Source of the DNA: a virus
Virus record (IMG/VR): IMGVR_UViG_3300022602_000028
Reading direction: 5' to 3' (one strand)
DNA: 64,000 nt
The first letter of the stretch is position 1. Each line of letters opens with the position of its first letter. Positions 19,063 to 27,876 of the stretch are shown here, piece after piece. Position numbers and translations under genes: made by a program. The notes beneath the pieces were generated by a model. It made no database searches. It saw only the letters and a list, made by a program, of their open reading frames with translations, and was not told the DNA's origin.

Positions 19063-20282
19063 AGTTAAGACAGTTATTTGAAGCACATCATAAAGTAGAT
19101 GCGGCATTTTGCTTTGGAAGATTCAATCCTCCACATCAAGGCCATATGGAAGTATGGAACGCTGTTAAGCATGCCGGCAATCATTGGTTCATTGGAACTA
19201 ATCCAGGAACTATTGGGCCCAACGATCCATTACCTTACGATTTAAAAACAGCATGGATGACTGCTATTGATCCAGCTATTAAAGGACATATTTTAGGTGA
19301 ACAAAGTGTTGTTACTTTAGCCGCTAAAATTTATCAACAAGTAGGCGATGGTGCAACTGTAGCGTATGTAACTGATGCACAAGACTGGGCATGGGCTGGA
19401 AAACTATTACATCAATACAACGGCAAAGAAAGCAATCACGGTTATTTCAATTTTGCTAAAATTATACATGTACCAAGCCCTCGTGTAAGTAGTGCTACTG
19501 CATTACGCACAGCCGCTCGAGCAGGCGATATGGATGCATTTTATCAAGCCGCTGGAACTAATCCTAATTTAACAGTAAATGGTCAACATTATTACGATAC
19601 GGTAGTTGCCGCAGTCGGACAACATCCTGAAAAAGTTAAAAAAGTTAAGAAGGAAAAACCAGTTGCAGAACCGTTAGCACAAGAAAACCTAATGAGTTTT
19701 ATGTCTAAGCCTACTAAAAAGAAAGTAGCAACAAGCACAGCGGATATGCGTAAGTACTTTGAAAAAGAAAAAGCTAAAGAACCTGAACGTATAGAAAGAG
19801 GCGAAGGTAACAAAAAAGTAAAACAAGTATATACCAAAGCTGATGAGAATTCGATTAAATATGCTAATAAGGTAATAAGAGAAATGAGAGCACAAGAATT
19901 TATGCGTAAACAACTAGCGGAAGGCGATGTGCCTTATGCTGGTAAAGGCGCCGAAGAATTACATCATGTGCATATTCAAGCACTTAAAAATGCTATGAGT
20001 ATCCCTGATATTAGCATGAATAAAGCTAATGGAAGTCCGTACATGCAGTATAGATTTGGTATGGCTCTTGCTAATCCAAACATGGAAAGAGCTGGTGCTA
20101 TGAGTGGCGACCCGTTAATCACCGCATATACAGATGCAGACTTACAAAAAGTTAAAGATGCCGCAAAAGCCATGGGCACTGGACCTATAACACACATCAG
20201 TGATGGTGTTAGTAATGAAGCAGACGGTGGAAATGTTGTTAGTCCTGTAGCTAAACGCAAACTTAACAAGTACGGTGTATAA
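19059..20282 (+). CDS. HxGH cytidylyl/nucleotidyltransferase fused to extra C-terminal modules
   Basis: FCFGRFNPPHQGH and VSSATALR motifs; last ~120 aa paralogous to the next two ORFs. Confidence 0.8.
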   Translation: MKLRQLFEAHHKVDAAFCFGRFNPPHQGHMEVWNAVKHAGNHWFIGTNPGTIGPNDPLPYDLKTAWMTAIDPAIKGHILGEQSVVTLAAKIYQQVGDGATVAYVTDAQDWAWAGKLLHQYNGKESNHGYFNFAKIIHVPSPRVSSATALRTAARAGDMDAFYQAAGTNPNLTVNGQHYYDTVVAAVGQHPEKVKKVKKEKPVAEPLAQENLMSFMSKPTKKKVATSTADMRKYFEKEKAKEPERIERGEGNKKVKQVYTKADENSIKYANKVIREMRAQEFMRKQLAEGDVPYAGKGAEELHHVHIQALKNAMSIPDISMNKANGSPYMQYRFGMALANPNMERAGAMSGDPLITAYTDADLQKVKDAAKAMGTGPITHISDGVSNEADGGNVVSPVAKRKLNKYGV

Positions 20283-21047
20283 TGAGAGCTAAAGAATTCT
20301 TATCTGAACGTACTGGGAGCACACATCCTCATCACGATGCTGTTCAACAAGGCATTAGTAGAGATCGTGACCCTGGCGGCTACTATCCAACGTATCATCA
20401 ATATAGAACTGGTATGGCTTTAGCTATGTCTGATGGTAGCAATAAACCATTAGATGTTGATCACGAAAGCTGGATGGGGCCTTTCTGGACACAACATCCT
20501 TATACTGAAGTAGAAGATAAGATGCTAAAGCAAGTTAGAAAAGTTATCCCTACTCAGCATCAAGAAGTTGCACCATGGCGAAAAAGCACTGAACCCACTG
20601 ATACACATAAAGTCAGTCCTGTAGCTAAATCTAAAAGAAATAAGTACGGTGTATAATGAGAGCTAAAGAATTTGTAATCCTTAAAGAAGATGACGGTGGC
20701 GATACTAGCTCGGCCGGTATAGGAGGTGATGGCATTAAGGGCAATAGACAAGCCATACATCCTAACCATAGCGATAGTATTCCCGGATTAAGTTCTTACC
20801 CAGATTTACCCAGCCATTACTATGATATGTATAGATTCGGTGTACATATGGCAGGTAGTCCAGAAAATCAAAACATGGCAAGACTTGGGCCTGCCGCTAA
20901 CGAATTGATAACTATGGCATATACCGATGAAGACGCTAATATAATAAACACCAGTCGTAAGGCTATGGGCTTAAAACAAAAAGTACTAAGTTCAAAACAC
21001 AGTATAGAATCACAAGAAATTAACAAAGCTAGTCCTGTAGCTAAACG
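20241..21047 (+). repeat. Direct repeats at the junctions of tandem paralogues
   Basis: AGTCCTGTAGCTAAA at 20241, 20615 and 21031; 31-bp identical AAGTACGGTGTATAATGAGAGCTAAAGAATT at 20268-20298 and 20642-20672. Confidence 0.9.
20282..20656 (+). CDS. Small paralogue, probable internal head protein
   Basis: MRAKEFLSE...YHQYRTGMALA...SPVAKSKRNKYGV. Confidence 0.7.
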   Translation: MRAKEFLSERTGSTHPHHDAVQQGISRDRDPGGYYPTYHQYRTGMALAMSDGSNKPLDVDHESWMGPFWTQHPYTEVEDKMLKQVRKVIPTQHQEVAPWRKSTEPTDTHKVSPVAKSKRNKYGV

Positions 21048-21072
21048 TAAACCTAACAAATACGGAATATAA
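20656..21072 (+). CDS. Small paralogue, probable internal head protein
   Basis: MRAKEFVILKE...YDMYRFGVHMA...SPVAKRKPNKYGI. Confidence 0.7.
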   Translation: MRAKEFVILKEDDGGDTSSAGIGGDGIKGNRQAIHPNHSDSIPGLSSYPDLPSHYYDMYRFGVHMAGSPENQNMARLGPAANELITMAYTDEDANIINTSRKAMGLKQKVLSSKHSIESQEINKASPVAKRKPNKYGI

Positions 21073-21512
21073 TGGAACACGACAAATATCATTTAGCACT
21101 TAAAACTGCATTTGCCAGTGAATTTAGTTTTTATCTAAAAGCACACAACTTTCATTGGAATATAGAAGGACCACTGTTTGCTCAATTGCACGAATTATTC
21201 CAAACAATATATGAAGAAGTATACGGCGCTATAGATCCGTTTGCTGAACATCTACGTGCGTTACAGATTTATACACCAGCCAGTTTACAAAAATTCAGCA
21301 TGTTGACCACAGTACATGATGAAAACGCAGTTCCAGATTGGAGCGGCATGCTAAAAGAATTATTAGAAGATAGTGAACGCATGGCAAATATATTCCGTGT
21401 TACATTTGACATGGCTGAAGCTCATGGAGATCATGGACTCAGCAATTTCCTAGCTGATCGCCAAGATGCACATAAAAAGCACAGTTGGATGCTAAGATCG
21501 AGTTTAAAATAA
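21072..21512 (+). CDS. dps: Dps/ferritin-like DNA protection protein
   Basis: KAHNFHWNIEG..FAQLHELF..IYEE...AIDPFAEHLRAL...KKHSWML. Confidence 0.9.
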   Translation: MEHDKYHLALKTAFASEFSFYLKAHNFHWNIEGPLFAQLHELFQTIYEEVYGAIDPFAEHLRALQIYTPASLQKFSMLTTVHDENAVPDWSGMLKELLEDSERMANIFRVTFDMAEAHGDHGLSNFLADRQDAHKKHSWMLRSSLK

Positions 21513-21751
21513 TGGATGAATTAGCACACCTTAAGAAGTTAGCAGGAATTACAGAATATAAAGGTCTGCAACCTTATGGTGGAAGCAACATCAGTATAAC
21601 TGGTACAGAGAAAAGAATTATAGAACGTGAGCAAAATATACAGCCAGGAACTGAAGAATGGTTCAAATTGTGGTTTAGTTTACCCAAGTTTATGGGCGGT
21701 GAAAACCCTGTTGGCATGGGGAGCAAAGGCTTTAGAGGAAGAACAAAATGA
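21512..21751 (+). CDS. Hypothetical protein (79 aa)
   Basis: TAATG-coupled start MDELAHLKKLAGI; IQPGTEEWFKLWF motif. Confidence 0.7.
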   Translation: MDELAHLKKLAGITEYKGLQPYGGSNISITGTEKRIIEREQNIQPGTEEWFKLWFSLPKFMGGENPVGMGSKGFRGRTK

Positions 21752-22284
21752 AAATTAAAGATTTAACAGGATTTAATCCTAAAGAATTAGTAGAAGGCAG
21801 ACACGGTAGTTTTACAAACTATTATGACAGCGATGGTAACGATTTGCGCGGTGGGCACGACGAAGCTAATCTTTGGTATAGGTATGATCCACAGGACGGC
21901 AGACTTAAACAAAACATGATCGCCGGCCATCAAGAACGTGAAGCACGTAATTTAGGCTATAGAGATAGCCAAGAAGCCGCACTAAGAGTGCATGATATTG
22001 TTAAAAGCAAATATCACAAAGGTAAATGGATTCAAAATCAAGGCGGTAAATGGGTCGAAGTACATCCATTTGGCAAACCACAAGGTGTGGCGGAAACAGC
22101 AAGTGCTGGTGCTACAAGTGCAGGAAATATAGCTAGTGTAGAGGGCGGAGCAGCCGCATACAGCAAAGGCCCTGTAAAAAGCGTTAACGCATTAGATCAA
22201 GATCAAGTTAGCTTGTTTGGCGGGCCTATGGAAGACATTAAATCTAAGCCACGTAAGAAAGTGGCTATCGTCAAAAGACGCTAA
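21748..22284 (+). CDS. Hypothetical protein, probable internal head protein
   Basis: MKIKDL...KELVEG; ETASAGATSAGNIASV module. Confidence 0.65.
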   Translation: MKIKDLTGFNPKELVEGRHGSFTNYYDSDGNDLRGGHDEANLWYRYDPQDGRLKQNMIAGHQEREARNLGYRDSQEAALRVHDIVKSKYHKGKWIQNQGGKWVEVHPFGKPQGVAETASAGATSAGNIASVEGGAAAYSKGPVKSVNALDQDQVSLFGGPMEDIKSKPRKKVAIVKRR

Positions 22285-22287
22285 ATA
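22282..22287 (+). promoter_or_regulatory. TAAATA late-type promoter
   Basis: About 24 nt before ATG 22311 with GGAG RBS. Confidence 0.55.
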
Positions 22288-22310
22288 TATAAAGATAACG
22301 GAGTATACTC

Positions 22311-23948
22311 ATGCCAGCAGAATTAGATCAAACAACCCCAGATATTGGGACACCAGTAGATGCATCAGCAGAACCAGCACCAGCACCAAATATGGGCGGT
22401 GATGTAGTAGGATTGCACGATGGTGAAACAGACCGTGAAGGCGCAATGGCCAAAGCTGATTTGTACAAATTAGCTAATTATTCACATAAGTTATTCCAAC
22501 AAATCCAAGATGAAGATCAATTAGAAGGTTGGGTACAAGCAAAGATTACTAAAGCCGCTGATTATATCGCCAGCGTCTATCATTATTTAGAGTACGAAAT
22601 GAAGTTCAGCGAGTACGGACATCATTTAGACAATAGCGATACACTAAGCGAAGGACAAAAAATGCGACTAAAAGAAATGTTATCTGAAGCTAAAGATAAA
22701 ATGAAAGATTTGAAAAAATCACAAGCTGAAAAAATGAAAAGCAAGCATGAGCACAAAGTCGAGGAAGGTGTATTAACTGGTGGTCATCGTATGTGTGACG
22801 AGTGCGGTGGTACTGGTATGGTATACGAAGATCCAAAGCCAGTTCCAGCTCATGTTCAAAACAAAGTTGACAAGTATAAGACTTTAGTTAAAGCTACAAA
22901 AGCCGCACATCGTAGAATGGACGGTTCTGAACACGAAGTAGATGAGGAATTTACAGACAAGAGTAAGACTGGTGATACTTTCAAAACTCGTACAGGTATA
23001 ACTACTAAGACTGATACTGGAATGAAACACTCTAATACCAGCTACCACGATGATGGTGAAGCTGAAGAAAAATCAGGCAAGGGTATCAAAACTCATGCCA
23101 AAGCCAAAGATGCAGGTACCAAGAAAGCAGAACGTGGAAATGATATCAAATTGCCAAAACATGACAAGCCAACATATGGTATGAAGAACGGTGAAAAGTT
23201 TGATAATCGTCCAAAAGAAAAAGACGTTGACGAAAGTTTAGGTCTTGGCATGTACGAAGCAAAAAAGAAGAATGACGGTAACTTGGCTAACAACGCTAAA
23301 CCATATGACAAAGTAACACGCGGTGATGTTATTGCTGGACGTCTAGGTAAAGATGAAAAAGGTGGCAAGGCTGTTAAAGAAGCCGCACCTCGTGGTCAAA
23401 AAAGTCAAGACTCTGCTATAAAAGTAGCTCAGATTGGCAAAAGCAAAAGCCCTGGTGCAAACTTAAAACAAGGAGCAGAGGACGCTCTTGAAAAAGGCAA
23501 TCATAAAAAGATTGATCAAATACATCAATATGCAACGACTACTACTCCTACAGGTAGAGCAAAGAAAGTTTCCGAAGCTAAACCAAGTGCAGGTCTAAGC
23601 AAGGCTAAGAAGTCGGCTGTAGTTAAAGATGCTAAAGCAGGCAAAGACATTGGCAAGCCAGGCAAGAGTTTCAAGGACATTGCAAAGAAATCAGGTGGTG
23701 GCGAGAAAGGCGAGAAGATTGCCGCTGCCGCTATGTGGAAGAACATGAAAGAAACTGTTGCTTACATGGCAGAAAAGAAAGCCGCTGTAAAAGATTTACC
23801 AGGTAAACAAGAAAAGTTGGATGTTGATAAAGACGGTAAATTAGAGAAATCAGATTTTGCCGCATTACGTGCTGGTAAGAAAGAAACTGTAAAAGAGTCA
23901 ACTGAGTTCAATCGTATGAAAGAGTTGGTGCAACGTTTGAACGGTTAA
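22311..23948 (+). CDS. Large Lys-rich modular protein, probable internal head/core protein
   Basis: Modules flanked by [VIL]xE-[AGST] sites; CDECGGTG; DVDKDGKLEKSD; C-terminal KESTEFNRMKELVQRLNG. Confidence 0.6.
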   Translation: MPAELDQTTPDIGTPVDASAEPAPAPNMGGDVVGLHDGETDREGAMAKADLYKLANYSHKLFQQIQDEDQLEGWVQAKITKAADYIASVYHYLEYEMKFSEYGHHLDNSDTLSEGQKMRLKEMLSEAKDKMKDLKKSQAEKMKSKHEHKVEEGVLTGGHRMCDECGGTGMVYEDPKPVPAHVQNKVDKYKTLVKATKAAHRRMDGSEHEVDEEFTDKSKTGDTFKTRTGITTKTDTGMKHSNTSYHDDGEAEEKSGKGIKTHAKAKDAGTKKAERGNDIKLPKHDKPTYGMKNGEKFDNRPKEKDVDESLGLGMYEAKKKNDGNLANNAKPYDKVTRGDVIAGRLGKDEKGGKAVKEAAPRGQKSQDSAIKVAQIGKSKSPGANLKQGAEDALEKGNHKKIDQIHQYATTTTPTGRAKKVSEAKPSAGLSKAKKSAVVKDAKAGKDIGKPGKSFKDIAKKSGGGEKGEKIAAAAMWKNMKETVAYMAEKKAAVKDLPGKQEKLDVDKDGKLEKSDFAALRAGKKETVKESTEFNRMKELVQRLNG

Positions 23949-23952
23949 TACC

Positions 23953-25785
23953 ATGGACATGAAGCGCATACTACAGGCGATGGACGGCGTTGCTACAAAG
24001 CCTGTAGCAGGTGCTAGTGACATGGTTCGATTTCTTCGTGTTGTTAAAGAAGCAGATATTAATCAAGCGCCGGATCCAAGACAAGACACTAGAGCAGATG
24101 GTACTGCAACATATACCGCCGATGAACTAGCAGATATTCAAGATCCAAATGCTGCCGAATGGGTAGCTGTGCGAAATCAAATATTAGATGCCAAAGCTAA
24201 AGGAGTGAATCCTGCAGAAATAGCCAAACTTCAAGCACAATATAATCAACTTGCCGGTGGCAAGGCTGAACGCTGGGAAAAAACTTACGCAAAAACTCAA
24301 ACAGTAAAAGCGGCTGACCAGGCCGCAGGTTATAATAATAACGTTCGTTATGTTACTCCTACGCCTACAACAGTACAAGAAAATGATTTAAGTAAATTTT
24401 TATCTATTGTAGATAAAAATAATGTTAGTTTGTTAATGGAAGGTAATCCTCATAAAGTATCATTGCCGGTGCAAATGGCAATGCAACATTACCAGAAAGA
24501 AGAAAAAATATCTACACCACAGGCTCGTGTAGGTCGTGAAAGTGTTGTCCGTAAATATTTCGATGAAGCTGAACAAGAAGTTAAAGCCAAACAAATTAAA
24601 AAACAAAACTTTTATAAACAATACGGTCAAACTATTGCTGAACGTGTATTAATGAAAGAAAGTATCAATGAAGTTTCCTGGCCTGCTATAGCCGGTGCTG
24701 TTGGTGTTGGAGGTGAAATTGCACACCAGGCCGCAGGTGGCGGTGATGCAGGAGCAGGAGATTCGTGGGATGAAAGAATTTTTCCCGGACTACCATATAG
24801 TAGATTAGATCTTGCATTTGATTTAGCAGGACTTGCGGCTGGCGGTCTGGCAAGTGCTATTGCCGGCCCGGGAGGAGAAGCTGTTTGGCTAGCATCTCAG
24901 GCACCTAAAGTTAAAAGAGTAGCTTCGTTTATTCAAAAGGCGTTATCGTTCGTTGGAGCAAATGTCATACATGATGGAGCAAAACTACTTCCTCCGCTTA
25001 AACGATGGGTTCAAGCATTTGGTCGTGATGTATTAACCACTGCGGCGTTCCATAGTCTTACTGATTTAATCGGTGATGCATTAGATAAAATGGAAAAAGA
25101 ATCGCAATTACATGAAAGAAGTACTACTGAAAAACAAGCACGTACTATGGCAGCTGCCGCACATAATCCTGCATTTGCTAAAAAAGTAGGTATTGATCAA
25201 AAAGTTGCTAAAGAATTTAATCAAAAAGATAAAGGTACTGCATTGTTAAGTAACGCGATGAAGGGCAAGCGAAAGAAAGTTAAAGAAAACGAAGTTCCTG
25301 GTCATAGCATGGGATTTAATCCTACTGGCGGCCCAGGTATGGGTAATTACGTTGTAGACGAAACTCCATTAGATTTTGATAAAGAAAATCCAGCGGCTAG
25401 CACTATTCATAGTCATCAAGGTGTAAATCCTGCTAGTATTGAAGCACGTATAATGCGAGCACGTGGTCAATTAAAAGATTTATCCGAAAGAGCACAAACA
25501 AACGATTTGCTAACTTGGGAAAATATCACTCGTCAGTTTCCAGAGTTAGCGATGAATATGGAACAAATTCGTCATGGTATAGACGAACTTGCACGTATTC
25601 GCAAACAAGGTGGTCGCAGAACTGCTAATATACCTAAACATATTGGCGAAACTAATCCTATTAAAGAAGCTAACGCTAAAAAGAAATCATTAAAAAATTC
25701 AAATCCTTGTTGGAAGGGTTACCATCCAGTAGGAACTAAAAAGAAAGGTGGGCGCACGGTCCCTAACTGTGTACCAAAGGAATAA
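23953..25785 (+). CDS. Large modular protein, probable internal head protein
   Basis: MDMKRIL start; Gly/Ala hydrophobic helices; MAAAAHNPAFAKKVGI module; terminal CWKGYHPVGTKKKGGRTVPNCV. Confidence 0.6.
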   Translation: MDMKRILQAMDGVATKPVAGASDMVRFLRVVKEADINQAPDPRQDTRADGTATYTADELADIQDPNAAEWVAVRNQILDAKAKGVNPAEIAKLQAQYNQLAGGKAERWEKTYAKTQTVKAADQAAGYNNNVRYVTPTPTTVQENDLSKFLSIVDKNNVSLLMEGNPHKVSLPVQMAMQHYQKEEKISTPQARVGRESVVRKYFDEAEQEVKAKQIKKQNFYKQYGQTIAERVLMKESINEVSWPAIAGAVGVGGEIAHQAAGGGDAGAGDSWDERIFPGLPYSRLDLAFDLAGLAAGGLASAIAGPGGEAVWLASQAPKVKRVASFIQKALSFVGANVIHDGAKLLPPLKRWVQAFGRDVLTTAAFHSLTDLIGDALDKMEKESQLHERSTTEKQARTMAAAAHNPAFAKKVGIDQKVAKEFNQKDKGTALLSNAMKGKRKKVKENEVPGHSMGFNPTGGPGMGNYVVDETPLDFDKENPAASTIHSHQGVNPASIEARIMRARGQLKDLSERAQTNDLLTWENITRQFPELAMNMEQIRHGIDELARIRKQGGRRTANIPKHIGETNPIKEANAKKKSLKNSNPCWKGYHPVGTKKKGGRTVPNCVPKE

Positions 25786-25786
25786 T

Positions 25787-27439
25787 ATGAACATAAGAGA
25801 TTTAATTAATCGCATAGAAAACATTGAACTTAATGAAGGTCTACGACTACGTGACATCGAAGCACAGGTAAGTCAAGAAAAAGACGAACAAAAACGTGCT
25901 CAAACATTAATGACTCTTGCTCAACAAAATAAATTACCTGGTTTATATGATCCTGTTAGCGGATATTTTGTTAGTGCTGAGCCAGATACACAAGGTGAAT
26001 GGCAAGGTGCCGGTACACCGACTAAGCCACGTATCAGTGCTACTGGTACAGAAGAACAAGATGCATTACTAGCTAAACGCGGTCTAGTTCCACAAAAAGC
26101 AAATACAAGTACATTTTTACGTCATTTAAATCCTTTTAATTCTAGCAATAAAGATTATGATGCTGGTATCCAAGGTGGCAGTCAAACTGCTATTGCACGT
26201 CAAGACAAAGAAGATGCAGAGTTAAAACAATTAACAGCTTTAATTCCTAAATACAAAGAACTAAAAGCTAAACTATCTGCACTATCAGGCGAAGGTCCTA
26301 ATACAGATAGCAGAACTGGACAAGGTATTGTTCCAGCAGATCAACCATTAGCAGAAGCACTATTAGAAAGTTTTAGCGACTTGTTTGAAGGCGAACTTAC
26401 ACTTGGCAGAAGAGCATGGGATTTGGCCCGAGGTGCTGGCGAAGAAGCAAGAAGGGGAGCAGAAATCGGAGATCGCGGCGGCATTACCGTTAGAGATCCA
26501 TTGATAGATATACTTCCGCCAGAAGCTGGTAGAGTTGGTGCATTTAAAACTCCCCCACGTCCAGATATCTCAGATATCGAATGGCGTACAGTTCCTGATA
26601 ATATGAAGAGCAGATTATGGCAATGGCTAAAAGATAATCCTCGCAAATCTATAGCGGCAGGTATGGTAGTATTAGGAGCCGCAGGTTCATTAAATGGTGG
26701 AGGACGTGGACAAGTAAATCCACCTAACGCATTGTACCCCGGCGATACTAAAACATCTAATGCGTCGTCAACAACTTATCAAGTTCAACGAGGAGATACT
26801 TTAAGTAGAATTGCACAAAGTAATAAAGTTAGTGTTGCTGATCTGATGGCAGCTAATCCTGCTATTACTAATCCAAACAAAATTGGAGTTGGACAAAATA
26901 TTACAATTCCGCAAGCTACTGGGAAACCAGTATACGATCAAGGTGTAGGTTCTAAACCAGAAACTATGCCTTACGATGCACCTAACGCACCTAAGACAGA
27001 TTCTGATGCAGATGCCGAAGCCGAAGACAAAGCTAAAAAACAAGCCGAAATTGAAGCTACGCAAAAAGAAATTGATTCTACTAAACAACAATTAGCTTCC
27101 TTGCTTGTAGATTTAGAACAATCTCAAGACGAAGATAATATCAAACAACTGCAAGATTTAGAATCACAATTAGATGACTTGGATGATATCAAAGCATTAA
27201 ATGCTAACAATCCAAGTGCAAGTAACTATACTAATCAAATGGATCAAGCCAGTGATGCCGCAAGTGCTACTCCAAAAAAGGGAGAAGCTGAAAAAGCAGA
27301 CGATGCTCAATATTCTGCCGCTCAAGATCAAAACATTAAAAAAGCCGCAAACAATGCAACAAGTGCAGAAGATGGATATCAAGTAAAAGAAAGTTATAAA
27401 GAAGAATTGAATCGCTGGTTAAAAATAGCTCGCGGTTAA
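25787..27439 (+). CDS. LysM-domain protein with capsid-targeting-like N-terminus
   Basis: TYQVQRGDTLSRIAQ...ADLMAANPAITNPNKIGVGQNITIP; start set to ATG 25787 (MNIRDLINRIENIELNEG). Confidence 0.8.
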   Translation: MNIRDLINRIENIELNEGLRLRDIEAQVSQEKDEQKRAQTLMTLAQQNKLPGLYDPVSGYFVSAEPDTQGEWQGAGTPTKPRISATGTEEQDALLAKRGLVPQKANTSTFLRHLNPFNSSNKDYDAGIQGGSQTAIARQDKEDAELKQLTALIPKYKELKAKLSALSGEGPNTDSRTGQGIVPADQPLAEALLESFSDLFEGELTLGRRAWDLARGAGEEARRGAEIGDRGGITVRDPLIDILPPEAGRVGAFKTPPRPDISDIEWRTVPDNMKSRLWQWLKDNPRKSIAAGMVVLGAAGSLNGGGRGQVNPPNALYPGDTKTSNASSTTYQVQRGDTLSRIAQSNKVSVADLMAANPAITNPNKIGVGQNITIPQATGKPVYDQGVGSKPETMPYDAPNAPKTDSDADAEAEDKAKKQAEIEATQKEIDSTKQQLASLLVDLEQSQDEDNIKQLQDLESQLDDLDDIKALNANNPSASNYTNQMDQASDAASATPKKGEAEKADDAQYSAAQDQNIKKAANNATSAEDGYQVKESYKEELNRWLKIARG

Positions 27440-27443
27440 TTAA

Positions 27444-27469
27444 AAATGGCAGATTAATTTCTGCCATTT
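27444..27469. terminator. Hairpin terminator at the end of the late cluster
   Basis: AAATGGCAGA-ttaatt-TCTGCCATTT 10-bp stem just after stop 27439; short T tail. Confidence 0.6.
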
Positions 27470-27482
27470 CCACCTCTAAAGG

Positions 27483-27516
27483 TTGCATTGACACAATAAG
27501 TAATATATAATAGGCT
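27483..27516 (+). promoter_or_regulatory. Two overlapping sigma70-type promoters
   Basis: TTGCAT(27483)-N17-TATAAT(27506) and TTGACA(27488)-N17-TAGGCT(27511); AGGAG RBS follows. Confidence 0.65.
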
Positions 27517-27535
27517 TATACATTAGGAGATTTAC

Positions 27536-27793
27536 ATGGGCGGTCGTTCATACGGTGCAGAAGAAAAGGCAAAACTAGAGCGGTTGATTTCAGAAGGTAG
27601 TACAGTACTACGTGAAGTCGAAGACTTGCAAGAAGGCTTAAAAGAAACTGTCAAGGCAGTAGCAGAAGAATTACAAATCAAACCAAGTGTTATTAACAAA
27701 GCTATTAAAATTGCACATAAAGGCGATTGGGCGGCTTATAATGAAGATTGGGAAGAAATTGAAGCAATTTTAGATATCACAAAGCGTATCTAA
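27536..27793 (+). CDS. dsbA: T4 DsbA-like dsDNA-binding protein
   Basis: KAKLERLISEG...LKETVKAVAEELQIKPSVINKAIKIAHK pattern; upstream of DNA polymerase. Confidence 0.65.
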   Translation: MGGRSYGAEEKAKLERLISEGSTVLREVEDLQEGLKETVKAVAEELQIKPSVINKAIKIAHKGDWAAYNEDWEEIEAILDITKRI

Positions 27794-27799
27794 TAAATA
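27794..27799 (+). promoter_or_regulatory. TAAATA motif upstream of DNA polymerase
   Basis: Intergenic AATAAATA about 78 nt before ATG. Confidence 0.35.
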
Positions 27800-27876
27800 T
27801 TATTGTATAAGGTTAGCTGGCCATAAAACAGCACTAAGGTATTTGCAAGCCCTAAATTGCATGGAGAAGAAAATTT

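Noticed and set aside
20241-21047. Possible CRISPR-like or att repeats
   Set aside because: Only 2-3 copies about 375-415 bp apart, coding for conserved peptide ends; no spacer-sized intervals and no cas or integrase genes
24317-24738. 14-bp direct repeat ACCAGGCCGCAGGT at 24317 and 24725
   Set aside because: Both copies encode QAAG in frame; no other sign of a mobile or invertible element
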